Positions 46,572-57,715 of a stretch of 64,000 nt of DNA are shown one piece after another; positions within the stretch are counted from its first letter, which is position 1; the number at the start of each line of letters is the position of its first letter. Below the pieces are notes generated by a model. That model saw only the letters and a list, made by a program, of their open reading frames with translations, was not told the DNA's origin and did no database searches. Both the position numbers and the translations under genes were made by a program. The stretch comes from Cyclobacteriaceae bacterium. GTDB taxonomy: Bacteria > Bacteroidota > Bacteroidia > Cytophagales > Cyclobacteriaceae. The stretch covers positions 272,053 to 336,052 of the forward strand of contig CBDEVW010000004.1 in NCBI GenBank assembly GCA_965243755.1, in the 5' to 3' direction.

Positions 46572-47570
46572 TTATTTAGGATCGTAGGACCACTTGATAT
46601 AAGTTGCTCCCCAGGTGAACCCTCCACCAAAAGCAGCAAGGATTATATTGTCACCTTTTTTCAATTTTGATTCGTAATCCCACAAGCATAAGGGGATAGT
46701 GCCACTGGTGGTGTTGCCATACTTGTGAATATTGAGCATCACTTTCTCCTCATCCAATCCAATTCTGTTCGCAGTGGCGTCAATAATTCTTTTGTTGGCC
46801 TGGTGTGGTACCAGGTAAGCGATATCATCCCCTGTAAGGTTATTTCTGGCGGCAACTTCAGCAGCAGTATCTGCCATGTTTTTCACCGCAAATTTGAACA
46901 CTTGTGATCCTTCCTGATAGACGTAATGTTCGCCATTCTTAACAGTTTCGATGGAGGCAGGTTTTCTACTTCCTCCAGCCTTCATATGAAGATAAGGTTC
47001 TCCTGAACCATCTGAATGAAGCTCCGTATCGATGATGCCTGTTTCGTCCGTTGAAGGTTCAAGCATTACTGCTCCTCCACCATCTCCAAAAATGATGCAG
47101 GTAGTTCTGTCAGTATAATCAATGATAGAAGACATCTTGTCTGCACCAACAATGATTACCTTCTTATATAGTCCGGTAGCAATAAACTGGGAACCGGTAG
47201 TTAATGCATATAGAAAACCTGAACATGCAGCCTGCAGATCGTAACTGAATGAGTTGACGGCACCAACAGCATTGGCGATAATGTTGCCAGTTGCCGGAAA
47301 TGCCATATCAGGTGTTGTGGTTGCGCAGATGATCAGATCTATGTCCTCTGCCTTTGTGTTTGTTTTTTCCAACAATCCCTTTACCGCTTCGATACCAATG
47401 ACCGATACACCCTGGTTTTCCCCCTTCAGGATCCTACGCTCCTTAATACCTGTTCTGGTCGTGATCCATTCATCATTAGTGTCCACCATTTTTTCCAGTT
47501 CCTGATTGGTCAGGACATAGTCTGGAACATACCCATGGACTCCAGTTATAGCCGCTCGTTTGACGTTCAT
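46572..47570 (-). CDS. fabH: 3-oxoacyl-ACP synthase III
   Basis: 332 aa with the catalytic triad context [29 protein letters not shown]. Confidence 0.97.
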   Translation of the reverse strand: MNVKRAAITGVHGYVPDYVLTNQELEKMVDTNDEWITTRTGIKERRILKGENQGVSVIGIEAVKGLLEKTNTKAEDIDLIICATTTPDMAFPATGNIIANAVGAVNSFSYDLQAACSGFLYALTTGSQFIATGLYKKVIIVGADKMSSIIDYTDRTTCIIFGDGGGAVMLEPSTDETGIIDTELHSDGSGEPYLHMKAGGSRKPASIETVKNGEHYVYQEGSQVFKFAVKNMADTAAEVAARNNLTGDDIAYLVPHQANKRIIDATANRIGLDEEKVMLNIHKYGNTTSGTIPLCLWDYESKLKKGDNIILAAFGGGFTWGATYIKWSYDPK

Positions 47571-47595
47571 CTAGGTGATTGTGTTTATAAAAACC

Positions 47596-47620
47596 AAAGC
47601 CTGCAATTTATACAGGCTTT
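47596..47620 (-). terminator. Hairpin between rpmF and fabH (terminator/attenuator)
   Basis: AAAGCCTG-CAATTTATA-CAGGCTTT. On the minus strand GGTTTTTATAAA follows it. Confidence 0.5.
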
Positions 47621-47637
47621 TCTATTTCTTCTAACGA

Positions 47638-47829
47638 TTAAGCTAAAACTTCCTTCTCCATTACAACTTTACCTTTGTAGTAAAGTTTACCTTCGTGCCA
47701 GTAAGCCCTGTGAGGCAAATGAGCTTCTCCGGTAGTAGGACAAATCACATAGTTTTTTGGTTCTGCTTTGTAATGCGTTCTTCTCTTATCTCTTCTCTGT
47801 TTCGATATCTTACGCTTAGGATGAGCCAT
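47638..47829 (-). CDS. rpmF: 50S ribosomal protein L32
   Basis: 63 aa. [21 protein letters not shown]. Confidence 0.95.
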   Translation of the reverse strand: MAHPKRKISKQRRDKRRTHYKAEPKNYVICPTTGEAHLPHRAYWHEGKLYYKGKVVMEKEVLA

Positions 47830-47846
47830 TTCTTATGTATTTAATG

Positions 47847-48374
47847 TTATTGTTTGTTCAATTTTTTTAATGCTTCCCATCTGGGATCTATTGTTTCCTC
47901 ATTTTGTTCTTCCTCTACTATTTCGTCTTCAGAAGTATAAACAAGTTCATCATTCTCTTCTTCTCCCTCAAACTTAGGGTGGAGCTTCTTCATGGGAATC
48001 GATATGGTCAGGTATTCAAAAATATTCTGAGCCATGTTGAGAGATTGCGTATCTCTTTGAATACTGATAATCTCATCACTCAACTCAGCATCCTCCTCTC
48101 CAAATTTGATGAGCAAAGTTTCTGATTTTTGAATAGGGAACCAGAAAGGCTCCAGACTTCTATCGCAAATCAACTCAACTTCGGCATCTATCTGGAACTC
48201 TGCCGTCATCATCGTTTCCTCTTTCATCAACTCCAGGTGACAGGTGCCTCTGCCTTTTTCAATTAAACTATCTTCAAATAGTTCGAAAAAGTCATTATCA
48301 AACTCAAAATCGAAACTGTGCGTTTTATTCGCCAGCTTGTAAATATCGATTCTATAGTTATCAAAAGCCCTCAT
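47847..48374 (-). CDS. yceD: YceD/DUF177-family protein
   Basis: 175 aa with an acidic C-terminus. It occupies the conserved position immediately upstream of rpmF. Confidence 0.8.
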   Translation of the reverse strand: MRAFDNYRIDIYKLANKTHSFDFEFDNDFFELFEDSLIEKGRGTCHLELMKEETMMTAEFQIDAEVELICDRSLEPFWFPIQKSETLLIKFGEEDAELSDEIISIQRDTQSLNMAQNIFEYLTISIPMKKLHPKFEGEEENDELVYTSEDEIVEEEQNEETIDPRWEALKKLNKQ

Positions 48375-48456
48375 CGACCCTTCTTTTGAGTAAAGAACCG
48401 CAAATTTAAGAACAGTTTTATAAATAATAAAGAAAAAGCAGTAATTAGATTAGCTT

Positions 48457-49479
48457 TTATTGCATTGTCTCCTGACGCATTTTCCAAACATCGTAGGCGA
48501 GATACAGTGCATGCCTCATTGAAGTTTCGCTGGACACGTTTTTACCTGCTATGTTGTAGGCAGTACCATGGTCCGGGGAGGTTCTGATGACAGGAAGGCC
48601 GGCAGTGAAGTTTACCCCGTGCTCAAATGCCAGGCTTTTAAATGGAATCAGGCCCTGATCGTGATACATCGCCAATATGCCATCATAGTTGTTAAACTGA
48701 CTGCTTCCAAAAAATCCATCTGCAGGGAATGGACCAAATACCAGGTTGCCAGACTTTCTTTCCTCTTCCAGGGCTGGTCCAATGATTTCCAGCTCTTCTT
48801 TGCCTAACAAGCCGTTTTCTCCAGCGTGAGGGTTCAGCCCCAAAACAGCAATCTTTGGCTTTTTTATGCCAAAGTCTTTCTGTAATGACCTGATCATTAT
48901 TTTTAGTTTTTTTCTAATGATTTCTCCGTCAATTTTCTGAGGGACATCCTTCAAAGGAATGTGTCCTGTCACCACACCTACACGCAGTGAATCACTTACC
49001 AGAAACATCAGGTTGTCGTCCACTTCAAATTTTTGTGCGAGATACTCGGTATGGCCAGGAAACTTAAAGCTATCGGATTGGATATTGTTTTTATTGATAG
49101 GAGCCGTAACCAGCCCTTGAATTTTACCTTCTTTAAGGTCATTGGCAGCTTTTTCCAGAGACATTAAGGCATATTTACCTCCTGTTTCATTCTCTTCGCC
49201 CGCTGTGATTTCAATATTTTCATCCCAGATGTTAAGCACGTTTACTTTTTTAGGGTTGATATTGTCCAGGCTTTTGGTTTGGAAGTAATTAAAGGATTGT
49301 AAGTCTAGCTGTTTCCTATAGAATGAAATTACTTTAGCTGAGCTGTATATCACAGGTACAAACGATTTGGTCAACCGATTATCCATCAGAGATTTAATGA
49401 TCACCTCAGGTCCCACGCCATTAATGTCTCCTACTGTAATCCCTATCAGGGGCTTTTCAATTTTATTTTTATTGCTCAT
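48457..49479 (-). CDS. pdxA: 4-hydroxythreonine-4-phosphate dehydrogenase
   Basis: 340 aa. FPGHTEYLA, LGLNPHAGENG, IRTSPDHGTAYNIAG. Confidence 0.95.
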   Translation of the reverse strand: MSNKNKIEKPLIGITVGDINGVGPEVIIKSLMDNRLTKSFVPVIYSSAKVISFYRKQLDLQSFNYFQTKSLDNINPKKVNVLNIWDENIEITAGEENETGGKYALMSLEKAANDLKEGKIQGLVTAPINKNNIQSDSFKFPGHTEYLAQKFEVDDNLMFLVSDSLRVGVVTGHIPLKDVPQKIDGEIIRKKLKIMIRSLQKDFGIKKPKIAVLGLNPHAGENGLLGKEELEIIGPALEEERKSGNLVFGPFPADGFFGSSQFNNYDGILAMYHDQGLIPFKSLAFEHGVNFTAGLPVIRTSPDHGTAYNIAGKNVSSETSMRHALYLAYDVWKMRQETMQ

Positions 49480-49583
49480 TTTTTGCCTTCAGCGCTAAAC
49501 AATTTCTACCATCGGGTGAATCTTCCCAAAGAATAACCCTTACTTTGCCACTGCAAGTTAAAATATTTGAAAAATATATTGCA

Positions 49584-50360
49584 ATGGATTCAGTAAGGCC
49601 AAAGAAGAAGTTAGGACAACATTTCCTGAAGGATGAAAACATCGCCAGGAAAATCGTAGAATCCATGAGGCTGGAGCAGGAGGAACAATTGGTGTTGGAA
49701 ATTGGTCCGGGAACCGGTGTGCTTACAAAATATCTGCTCGAAAAAGATATTCCATCTTTCCAGGCGCTTGATGTGGACCAGGAATCGATCGATTATTTGA
49801 GAAAACACTACCCAGAAGATAAAGACAAGTTTCAACTCAGGGACTTTTTGAAGTCAGGTCTTCCGGAAAGCAACCTCGCAATCATTGGAAACTTCCCTTA
49901 TAATATTAGTTCTCAGATTTTTTTTAAAATATACGATCATCGTCAACATGTCACTGAAGTGGTTGGGATGGTCCAGAAAGAAGTAGCCGATCGCATATGT
50001 TCCAGGGAGGGGAATAAAGTTTATGGGATACTGAGTGTTTTGATTCAGGCATTTTATGAAGTGGAATATTTGTTCAGCGTTTCACCGGGTGTGTTCAACC
50101 CACCCCCGAAGGTAACCTCAGCTGTAATCAGGTTTTCAAGGAACAACGTAAAAGCGCTCTCCTGTGATGAAACGCTCTTTAAAAGAGTGGTGAAAGAGGG
50201 GTTTCAAAAGCGACGCAAAACATTGTGGAACGCCCTAAAAAATTTAAATTTGCCCGAAACATTAAGAGAGTCTCCCATGCTATCAATGAGGGCCGAACAG
50301 CTCTCTGTTAACCAGTTTATAGAATTAACCGCTTTGATTGAAAAATCATGGAGCAAGTAA
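49584..50360 (+). CDS. rsmA: 16S rRNA (adenine1518/1519-N6)-dimethyltransferase
   Basis: ATG at 49584 (MDSVRPKKKLGQHFL); the track start at 49545 is TTG. Motifs EIGPGTGVLT and IGNFPYNISS. Confidence 0.92.
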   Translation: MDSVRPKKKLGQHFLKDENIARKIVESMRLEQEEQLVLEIGPGTGVLTKYLLEKDIPSFQALDVDQESIDYLRKHYPEDKDKFQLRDFLKSGLPESNLAIIGNFPYNISSQIFFKIYDHRQHVTEVVGMVQKEVADRICSREGNKVYGILSVLIQAFYEVEYLFSVSPGVFNPPPKVTSAVIRFSRNNVKALSCDETLFKRVVKEGFQKRRKTLWNALKNLNLPETLRESPMLSMRAEQLSVNQFIELTALIEKSWSK

Positions 50361-51712
50361 CTCAATTTGAACTTTCCAAAGAGTTCCTCGATCAGTTCCA
50401 GCATTCGCTGAACATTCGGGATGATGAGTTTGTGCTTCAAACCCTTGAAGGGGTTAATCCCGCTGATATTTCAGCCTTACTTGACGAGTTTGAGACGGAC
50501 GAATGCCGATACGTTCTGGAGCTGCTGGATGATAAAATCAGTGCTGAAATCATCAGTGACCTGGATGAAGATGTAAAGGAAAAGTTTATTCAGGAATTTG
50601 ATGCAGCAAGTATTGCCCGGTTCATCGAACATCTCGACTCTGATGATGCGGTGGATATCCTTGCACTGATCCCTCTTAAAAAGCGAGAGGAGATCATCAG
50701 TTTACTTCACAATGAGGAGAAAGCGTCAAACATTCTTGACCTGTTGCGCTATGATGATGATGTAGCTGGGGGGTTGATGGCCAAGGAGTTGATCAAGGCG
50801 AACCTAAACTGGACCGTACTTCAGTGCATTGATGAAATCCGCAAACAGGCCGAAAATGTTGAAAAAATATATTCTGTTTATGTAGTAGACGATCATGAAA
50901 AGCTAATCGGAAAGGTTTCTTTAAAAAGAATTATCCTGGCCAGCGATGTGATGAAAATCTCGGACATCTACGATCCGGATGTTGTTTCGGTTGAGACATA
51001 TATGGAAGAGGAAGAAGTAGCCATTGTCATGCAAAAGTATGACCTGGATGCAATCCCCGTTGTAAACGCAAGAGGCAGGTTGGTTGGAAGGATTACCATA
51101 GATGATATCGTAGATGTGATCACCGAGATGGCCGAGGAAGAGCGTCAGATCATGGCAGGTATTTCTTCCGATGTGGAAGAAGATGATTCCGTATGGATGC
51201 TATCAAAAGCACGTTTACCATGGTTGGTTATTGGGTTGGTTGGAGGACTTTTGGGGGCATTTTTCATCAGTTTTTTCGAAGGGGAAATTAAACTCATTCC
51301 CATTATGGCCTTTTTCATTCCTCTTATTACGGCGACAGGAGGCAATGTGGGCATTCAGTCTTCCTCTTTGGTCGTTCAAAGCCTTGCAAATAGAAGCGCC
51401 TTTACGGACACATTGGTCAATAGATTGGTAAAGGTGTTGTTTGTTGCGGTTGTTAATGGTGTAATCCTGGCATTAATTGTATTTGGTGTAGTGATTTTAT
51501 TTACCAAGGACCAGAGGATTGCACTTACGGTATCACTGGCATTGTTTAGTGTTGTGTTGCTTGCTTCTTTTATGGGAACCATCACACCATTGTTGTTAGA
51601 CAGGTTTGGAATTAACCCCGCACTGGCCTCTGGACCGTTCATTACAACAGCGAACGATTTGCTGGGATTAATCGTTTATTTTGCTGTAGCCCATTCGCTC
51701 TATGGCCTATAA
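50348..51712 (+). CDS. mgtE: Magnesium transporter MgtE
   Basis: 454 aa with an N-domain, a CBS pair and a TM domain (ATGGNVGIQSSSLVVQ, FITTANDLLGLIVYF). Confidence 0.95.
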   Translation: MEQVTQFELSKEFLDQFQHSLNIRDDEFVLQTLEGVNPADISALLDEFETDECRYVLELLDDKISAEIISDLDEDVKEKFIQEFDAASIARFIEHLDSDDAVDILALIPLKKREEIISLLHNEEKASNILDLLRYDDDVAGGLMAKELIKANLNWTVLQCIDEIRKQAENVEKIYSVYVVDDHEKLIGKVSLKRIILASDVMKISDIYDPDVVSVETYMEEEEVAIVMQKYDLDAIPVVNARGRLVGRITIDDIVDVITEMAEEERQIMAGISSDVEEDDSVWMLSKARLPWLVIGLVGGLLGAFFISFFEGEIKLIPIMAFFIPLITATGGNVGIQSSSLVVQSLANRSAFTDTLVNRLVKVLFVAVVNGVILALIVFGVVILFTKDQRIALTVSLALFSVVLLASFMGTITPLLLDRFGINPALASGPFITTANDLLGLIVYFAVAHSLYGL

Positions 51713-51725
51713 AATACATTGAGTA

Positions 51726-52682
51726 ATGACCACCAAAAAAATTCTTATAGTAAATGATTTGCACGATAGTTTTATGAAGCTATTGGAGCGTGACTGGATT
51801 GAAATCAATTATCAGCCAAAAATCTCTAAAGAGGAAGTTCTGAGGATGATCCCTGACTATCACGGCATTGTAGTCAGGAGCAAATTAAGAATTGATCAGG
51901 AACTGGTAGAGAAAGCCAGAAAACTGGAATTTGTTGCCCGTGCGGGAGCTGGTATTGATAACATTGATGAATCAGCACTGAAAGGAACAAATATTGAAGT
52001 ATTTAATGCGCCGGAAGGAAACAGGGATGCCGTTGGGGAACATACAATCGGAATGATCCTTAACCTGTTTAATCACCTGTCAAGGGCTGATCAGGAAGTG
52101 AAGAATGGGGTTTGGGAAAGAGAAAGAAACAGGGGAATCGAACTGAGCGGAAAAACTGTTGGAATTATCGGGTTTGGAAATACCGGGCAATCACTGGCAA
52201 GAAAGTTATCGGGTTTTAATGTTGAAGTCCTGGCGTACGATAAATATCATGCAGATCGTATTTTTCCAAATACCACCATGGTGTCAATGGAGACGCTTCA
52301 GGCAAAGGCAGATATCGTCAGCCTTCACGTGCCGTTAACAAGAGAAACAGAGTTTTTTGCTGATGAAGAATTTTTAATGGGATTCTCAAAAAATATTTTT
52401 CTCATCAATACATCCAGGGGCAAGGTTTTGTCGTTGAAGGCTTTGGCCAAATGTATAGAGCAGGGTAAAGTGCTTGGAGCAGGACTGGATGTCTTGGAAA
52501 ATGAAAAGCTGGATACGTTCACGGAAGAGCAGAAAACAGTATTTCAGTCATTGGTAAAATCAGGTAGCGTATTGTTCACACCGCACGTAGCAGGATGGAC
52601 CTACGAATCTTACCAGAAAATCAGTGAAGTTCTGGCCGGGAAAATCCTCAAACATTATCAAGAGTTGGCTAAAGTTGTTTGA
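51726..52682 (+). CDS. D-isomer-specific 2-hydroxyacid dehydrogenase (phosphoglycerate dehydrogenase-like)
   Basis: 318 aa. GIIGFGNTGQSLARKL, INTSRG, LDVLENE, TPHVAGWT. Confidence 0.85.
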   Translation: MTTKKILIVNDLHDSFMKLLERDWIEINYQPKISKEEVLRMIPDYHGIVVRSKLRIDQELVEKARKLEFVARAGAGIDNIDESALKGTNIEVFNAPEGNRDAVGEHTIGMILNLFNHLSRADQEVKNGVWERERNRGIELSGKTVGIIGFGNTGQSLARKLSGFNVEVLAYDKYHADRIFPNTTMVSMETLQAKADIVSLHVPLTRETEFFADEEFLMGFSKNIFLINTSRGKVLSLKALAKCIEQGKVLGAGLDVLENEKLDTFTEEQKTVFQSLVKSGSVLFTPHVAGWTYESYQKISEVLAGKILKHYQELAKVV

Positions 52683-52731
52683 TATAAGCTAATTTCTGTA
52701 TATTTGTGCTTTAAAATAAGATTTTAAGATA

Positions 52732-52766
52732 AAGACGGTTCTAGCGATAGGGCCGTTCTTTTTTGT
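52732..52766 (+). terminator. Possible terminator after the dehydrogenase gene
   Basis: AAGACGG...CCGTTCTT stem (7 bp with one bulge) followed by TTTTTG. Confidence 0.35.
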
Positions 52767-52783
52767 TTATAAACGTAGAAGAT

Positions 52784-53257
52784 ATGAGTAATATAAGTTA
52801 TTACACACCAGAAGGATTAGAGAGGTTGAAAAATGAGCTTCAGGAATTGAAAACCAAGGGGAGAGCCGATATGGCCAGGCAAATAGCTGAAGCTCGTGAT
52901 AAAGGAGACCTCAGTGAGAACGCTGAATATGATGCTGCAAAAGATGCACAGGGATTATTGGAACTCAAGATATCTAAGCTGGAAGAGGTGGTTGCTAATG
53001 CCAGGGTGATTGATGAGTCTTCTATCGATACTTCTAAGGCCGGTATCCTTTCTACAGTGAAGATCAAAAATAAAAAGAACGGCATGGAAGTGAAGTACAC
53101 TTTGGTTTCTGAAGAAGAGGCTGACCTGAAAGCCGGTAAAATCTCTATCAAATCACCGATTGGAAAAGGACTGATGGGCAAAGAAGTGGGACAGGTTGCA
53201 ATCGTTGATGCACCTGCTGGTAAAATTGAATTTGATATCCTGGAGATTTCATACTAG
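52784..53257 (+). CDS. greA: Transcription elongation factor GreA
   Basis: ATG at 52784 (MSNISYYTPEGLERLKNEL); the track start is TTG at 52763. Motif GDLSENAEYDAAKD. Confidence 0.95.
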   Translation: MSNISYYTPEGLERLKNELQELKTKGRADMARQIAEARDKGDLSENAEYDAAKDAQGLLELKISKLEEVVANARVIDESSIDTSKAGILSTVKIKNKKNGMEVKYTLVSEEEADLKAGKISIKSPIGKGLMGKEVGQVAIVDAPAGKIEFDILEISY

Positions 53258-53261
53258 ATCA

Positions 53262-53654
53262 ATGGCAAGCATTTTTTCTAAAATCATCAGTCGGGAGATA
53301 CCAGCACACATTGTAGCTGAAAATGATCAATACCTGGCTTTTCTCGATATCAATCCGCTAATGGAGGGGCATACACTGGTAATCCCAAAAGTAGAGGTAG
53401 ACTATGTGTTCGACCTTGATGATGAAACATTATCAGGGCTTCACCTTTTCGCAAAAAAAATCGCACTAGCCATACAAAAAACAGTTCCATGCGAGCGAAT
53501 TGGGATGACAGTAATGGGGCTCGAGGTACCACATGCCCATGTACACCTTATTCCAATTAACAATATGGAAGACATGAATTTCAGCAGAATGAAACTGAAG
53601 CCCACTCAGGATGAGCTGAAAGACATGGCCGACCAAATCAAATCAAACTTGTAG
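53262..53654 (+). CDS. HIT-family nucleotide hydrolase/transferase
   Basis: ATG at 53262 (MASIFSKIISREIPAH). Histidine triad HAHVHLIP. Confidence 0.9.
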   Translation: MASIFSKIISREIPAHIVAENDQYLAFLDINPLMEGHTLVIPKVEVDYVFDLDDETLSGLHLFAKKIALAIQKTVPCERIGMTVMGLEVPHAHVHLIPINNMEDMNFSRMKLKPTQDELKDMADQIKSNL

Positions 53655-53659
53655 GAAAA

Positions 53660-54217
53660 TTATTTCATGCGTCTGGGATTCTCACTAAGGAATGCCTTCC
53701 AGCTTTTAAATGATGGAGTGGTATTTCCACCCTGAAAGTGATGACAGACCGCAACAGCTAAAGCATCCGAAGCATCCAGTAACTTGGGTGCTTCTTTAAA
53801 TTTTAGCAGGTTTTTCAACATTGCAGCAACCTGTTCCTTCGATGCATTACCATTTCCGGTTACAGATTGCTTTACTTTTTTAGGTGCATATTCAGTAATG
53901 GGAATTTCTCTGGCCAGGGCGGCAGCCATGGCAACACCCTGGGCACGACCCAGTTTCAACATCGACTGAACATTTTTACCATAAAATGGAGCTTCCAGTG
54001 CCAGTTCATCAGGATGATATTCATCGATAATTGATGTAACCCTTTCAAAAATCTTCTTAAGCTTTATTTCATGGTTAGTATATTTGCTAAGATGAATAAC
54101 ACCAAATTGCAATAACCTGAAATCTGAGCCTTTGACAATGATCAGACCATATCCCATCACAGTTGTTCCCGGGTCAATGCCCAGGATAATCTTTTCTTTC
54201 TTTGTCTGATTACTCAT
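53660..54217 (-). CDS. ruvC: Crossover junction endodeoxyribonuclease RuvC
   Basis: [42 protein letters not shown]. The ATG at 54217 (MSNQTKK) is preferred over the TTG at 54226. Confidence 0.92.
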   Translation of the reverse strand: MSNQTKKEKIILGIDPGTTVMGYGLIIVKGSDFRLLQFGVIHLSKYTNHEIKLKKIFERVTSIIDEYHPDELALEAPFYGKNVQSMLKLGRAQGVAMAAALAREIPITEYAPKKVKQSVTGNGNASKEQVAAMLKNLLKFKEAPKLLDASDALAVAVCHHFQGGNTTPSFKSWKAFLSENPRRMK

Positions 54218-54220
54218 GTT

Positions 54221-55141
54221 ATGCAATTTATGAATAAGGAACCCATATTAAAAAATCACCAACAATTCCTTAATTATTTTTGGAAGTCGTTTGTCCTTTT
54301 ACTGATTGTAATCTTCATTTATCAGCAGGACTGGAGCTCGTTGGAGGTTGATTTTGTAAATCCTCTTATTCCAGCATTGGTTATAGTGATGATGGCATTT
54401 AATTGGGGACTGGAAGCGAAGAAATGGCAGTTATTGGTGGGTGAAGGCACATTTCTGGAAGCTTTGAAATCAGTACTTGTAGGTTTGCTATTTCGTCAGT
54501 TTATAAGCGCTGTAGGAGATGCTTCTGGTAGGCTGGCTGGGATATCCGGCAATAGATCCACCCAACTGAGCTCATTTTTTATCAATGCTGTATGTCAAAA
54601 CCTGATTACAGTATCTATGGGGATGATCGGTGCATTTACACTATTGGAAAACCAGACAATTATTAAGTGGGGAGAATCTGTATATGTGTATTTGATGGGA
54701 GCAGCGCTGATATTTTTACTGTTGATAGTAATTTTGTTTTTGAGACAGAAAATATCTCGCTTCCTCGGCCAGGGGATACTTATTTTGAAGAATCACTCAT
54801 GGCAACAAATTGCTCCTACTTTACTTTATTCACTGTTGAGGTATGCCGTGTTCTTTACGCAATTCTTTATGGTGTTTAAAATGCTTGTTCCTGATCTGGA
54901 CCCGTGGATTTTGATGAATGGTATTGCGTTTATTTTTCTCATGAAGTCTATAGTGCCTACCATCAATCTTTTTGGAGATATCGGTATCAGGGAATTTTCA
55001 GCTATCGTATTTTTTGGTCAGTTTGGAGTATCCACACCATTGGTGGTCTCTGCTACTTTGGTCTTATGGATCATTAATATTTTTATTCCGGCAATATCAG
55101 CCATAGTTTTCATTCCCAAACTTAAACTGGTACATCATTGA
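54221..55141 (+). CDS. Flippase-like polytopic membrane protein (lysyl-PG synthase TM-region / UPF0104-like)
   Basis: 306 aa with ~8 TM helices. Overlaps the downstream GT2 gene by 4 nt. The family call rests on topology and the conserved pairing with GT2; confidence is moderate. Confidence 0.6.
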   Translation: MQFMNKEPILKNHQQFLNYFWKSFVLLLIVIFIYQQDWSSLEVDFVNPLIPALVIVMMAFNWGLEAKKWQLLVGEGTFLEALKSVLVGLLFRQFISAVGDASGRLAGISGNRSTQLSSFFINAVCQNLITVSMGMIGAFTLLENQTIIKWGESVYVYLMGAALIFLLLIVILFLRQKISRFLGQGILILKNHSWQQIAPTLLYSLLRYAVFFTQFFMVFKMLVPDLDPWILMNGIAFIFLMKSIVPTINLFGDIGIREFSAIVFFGQFGVSTPLVVSATLVLWIINIFIPAISAIVFIPKLKLVHH

Positions 55142-56259
55142 TTTTAGCTGGAGCATTTACACTAACCTTACTTTACACCATTTATTTGGTGACATTAAGG
55201 ATCGCCTGGATCAATATTCCTGTCCTTTCAAATGAAAGTAATGAAAGCGAGTATCAAGTGTCTGTCATTATCCCTGTTAGAAATGAAGCGAAACACATAT
55301 TAAGTCTGCTAACTGATTTCGAACTTCAGACTTTCCCCAGGGAACAGTTTGAAATTCTGGTGGTTGATGACTATTCGCAAGACCAAACAGTCAATTTGGT
55401 CAAAGGGTATATACCACACAGCAAGTTGGCTATTAGAGTTATTTCACTGGATGCGCTAGATGCTGCAGAAGGAAAAAAAAGTGCCATTACACAAGGAGTT
55501 AAGGCGGCAAAAAATGAGATTATACTCTGTACCGACGGAGATTGTACTGTCCCAAAATACTGGATAGAACAATATGCCCATCAATTTTCTGATCCAGAGG
55601 TCCAAATGGTGCTGGGGCCTGTCAGGTTTCTGGAAGGAAACACAACTTTTAACAGAATGCAGCAACTGGAGTTCGCAGGTCTTATCGGCTTAGGAGGTGC
55701 GTCTTTGCAATTGGGGTTACCTACTATGTGTAATGGTGCTAATCTTGGTTACAGAAAATCATTATTTAACAGCGTCAGAGGCTATGAGGGAAATCAGGAT
55801 ATTGCTTCTGGTGATGATGAGTTTTTATTACAGAAAGCGTTTGACGAAAATCCAAAATCCGTTAGGTTCCTGAAATCTTCCAAAGCTATTGTTGGCACCT
55901 TTGCCAAGAAATCCTTCAGCTCCTTCCTAAGTCAACGTATCAGATGGGCAGGTAAATGGAAATACCATAAACAGCTCAGGGTAATTATTTGGGCAATCTC
56001 AATGTTTTTGTTTCATATTGCACTACTGATGTCCGGGCTTGGAATCTCATTGCTGGAGCGTCCGGAAATAGGCCTGGGAATTATTATGATTAAGATATTA
56101 GCAGAATATTTTTATATAAAATCTGTTTCTAATAGTATGAAGCTAAAGGTACCGATCAAAGAGTTTCTGCTGATCCAGCTGATTTACCCTTTTTATATTG
56201 TTTTTTTATCTCTAATTTCATTGTTCGTTAACTATCGGTGGAAAGGAAGGAGTTATTAA
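55138..56259 (+). CDS. Processive-type family 2 glycosyltransferase (D, DxD, D, QxxRW)
   Basis: 373 aa. VSVIIPVRNE, VVDDYSQD, CTDGDC, SGDDEFL, QRIRWAGKW, with flanking TM helices. Confidence 0.85.
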   Translation: MILAGAFTLTLLYTIYLVTLRIAWINIPVLSNESNESEYQVSVIIPVRNEAKHILSLLTDFELQTFPREQFEILVVDDYSQDQTVNLVKGYIPHSKLAIRVISLDALDAAEGKKSAITQGVKAAKNEIILCTDGDCTVPKYWIEQYAHQFSDPEVQMVLGPVRFLEGNTTFNRMQQLEFAGLIGLGGASLQLGLPTMCNGANLGYRKSLFNSVRGYEGNQDIASGDDEFLLQKAFDENPKSVRFLKSSKAIVGTFAKKSFSSFLSQRIRWAGKWKYHKQLRVIIWAISMFLFHIALLMSGLGISLLERPEIGLGIIMIKILAEYFYIKSVSNSMKLKVPIKEFLLIQLIYPFYIVFLSLISLFVNYRWKGRSY

Positions 56260-56519
56260 TGAGTGATTTAGAGTACGACGTATTAGATGAGCTATATTTT
56301 GTGATTTCTTTTGAGGATCTGATGAACAAAACAGACCTGGAAGATCATGAATTGAAAAAGATCTTACAGAAGTTGCTGCAAAAGAAGTGGATTAAGTGTC
56401 TTTCTTCCAGTACAGAGGACGTTCTTGAAGAGGATCTTAATTTAGAAAGGGATGCAAGAAGATATTACTATCTGGCTACCAAAGCTGGTCTTATGGCACA
56501 CAATAGTAATGGACAATGA
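56259..56519 (+). CDS. Small acidic cytoplasmic protein (possible winged-helix)
   Basis: The ATG at 56259 overlaps the GT2 stop (TAATG), and the gene's own stop overlaps the downstream PP2C start (ATGA). 86 aa; no family recognised. Confidence 0.5.
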   Translation: MSDLEYDVLDELYFVISFEDLMNKTDLEDHELKKILQKLLQKKWIKCLSSSTEDVLEEDLNLERDARRYYYLATKAGLMAHNSNGQ

Positions 56520-57715
56520 TTGAATCAAAGGACTCACAAATAAAGGATTTGCAACTGAAAGCGTTGCTGGAGATCACTCAGGCCATTAATAATAACCTGT
56601 CTGAAGAATCTTTATATAAAATCTATCGGTTTACACTTCTGGCAGATCTCAAAATTGAAAAGATTGCGTTATTTGTGCTGGACGCGGAATGGATTTGTAA
56701 GGTGAATTATGGGACAAGCATTAAAATGGATGGCCATTCTTTACCTGAGGAGTACCAGAAAATCACCAAGCCTCAGAAAATGGATTCCTGTGATGAGGAA
56801 TTTTGTGAGTTTGATGAGGTATTTCCGGTTTCGCATAAAGATAAATTGCTGGCTGTGGTCTTTTTGGGAGGAATAGCGGATGTTGAAGAACAAGCTGTAG
56901 ATGTTACCTTCTTGCAGGCTTTAACTAATATCATTATTGTGGCTATCGAAAACAAAAAGCTGGCCAGGAAGCAAATTGAGCAAGAAGCCTACAGGAAAGA
57001 ACTCGAAATCGCCAAGCAGGTACAGAATTATCTGATACCAAATAAGTTGCCCTATGATACAGATTTGCAACTGGAGGCAAGCTATATACCACATCAGGAC
57101 GTAGGTGGCGACTATTATGATTACATCCCTCTGCCTGATAATAAGTTCATGGTTTGTATTGCCGATGTTAGCGGAAAGGGAGTCCCGGCCGCACTGCTGA
57201 TGTCCAATTTCCAGGCATCACTTCGTACGTTGGTGAGGAAGTCATCAGATTTGAAAGAAATTATAGAGGAATTGAATTACCAAATCAATTTCAGTGGTAA
57301 CGGAGAAAACTTCATTACCTTTTTTATCGCCATATTTGATAGTAACTCACGGGAACTTCATTTTGTAAATTGCGGTCATAATCCGCCAATCCTGGTGAGG
57401 AACAATAAGCATGAGTTGTTGGAAGCGGGCACTACAGTTTTAGGCATGTTCAACCCATTGCCATTCATTGAAGTAGGGCATCTGGAGCTCAAAGAAGATT
57501 TTCTTTTATTTTCTTACACTGACGGTGTGATTGAAACCTTTAACGATCAGGGAGAGGAGTTTGGACAGGAACGATTGGTTGAGATCATAGTAGCATATGG
57601 AAGCGAGGAACCAGCTCAAATACATGCAGCAGTTTTTAATGAAGTGGACGACTTCAGAGGGGAAAACAGCTACAGAGATGACATCACCATGTTGTCGTGC
57701 AAAGTAACCCGATAG
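56516..57715 (+). CDS. GAF-domain PP2C-family (SpoIIE/RsbU-like) serine phosphatase
   Basis: 399 aa. The N-terminal ~160 aa are GAF-like. PP2C motifs: DVGGDYYD, IADVSGKGVPAALLMS, NCGHNPP, FSYTDGV, DDITML. Confidence 0.85.
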   Translation: MIESKDSQIKDLQLKALLEITQAINNNLSEESLYKIYRFTLLADLKIEKIALFVLDAEWICKVNYGTSIKMDGHSLPEEYQKITKPQKMDSCDEEFCEFDEVFPVSHKDKLLAVVFLGGIADVEEQAVDVTFLQALTNIIIVAIENKKLARKQIEQEAYRKELEIAKQVQNYLIPNKLPYDTDLQLEASYIPHQDVGGDYYDYIPLPDNKFMVCIADVSGKGVPAALLMSNFQASLRTLVRKSSDLKEIIEELNYQINFSGNGENFITFFIAIFDSNSRELHFVNCGHNPPILVRNNKHELLEAGTTVLGMFNPLPFIEVGHLELKEDFLLFSYTDGVIETFNDQGEEFGQERLVEIIVAYGSEEPAQIHAAVFNEVDDFRGENSYRDDITMLSCKVTR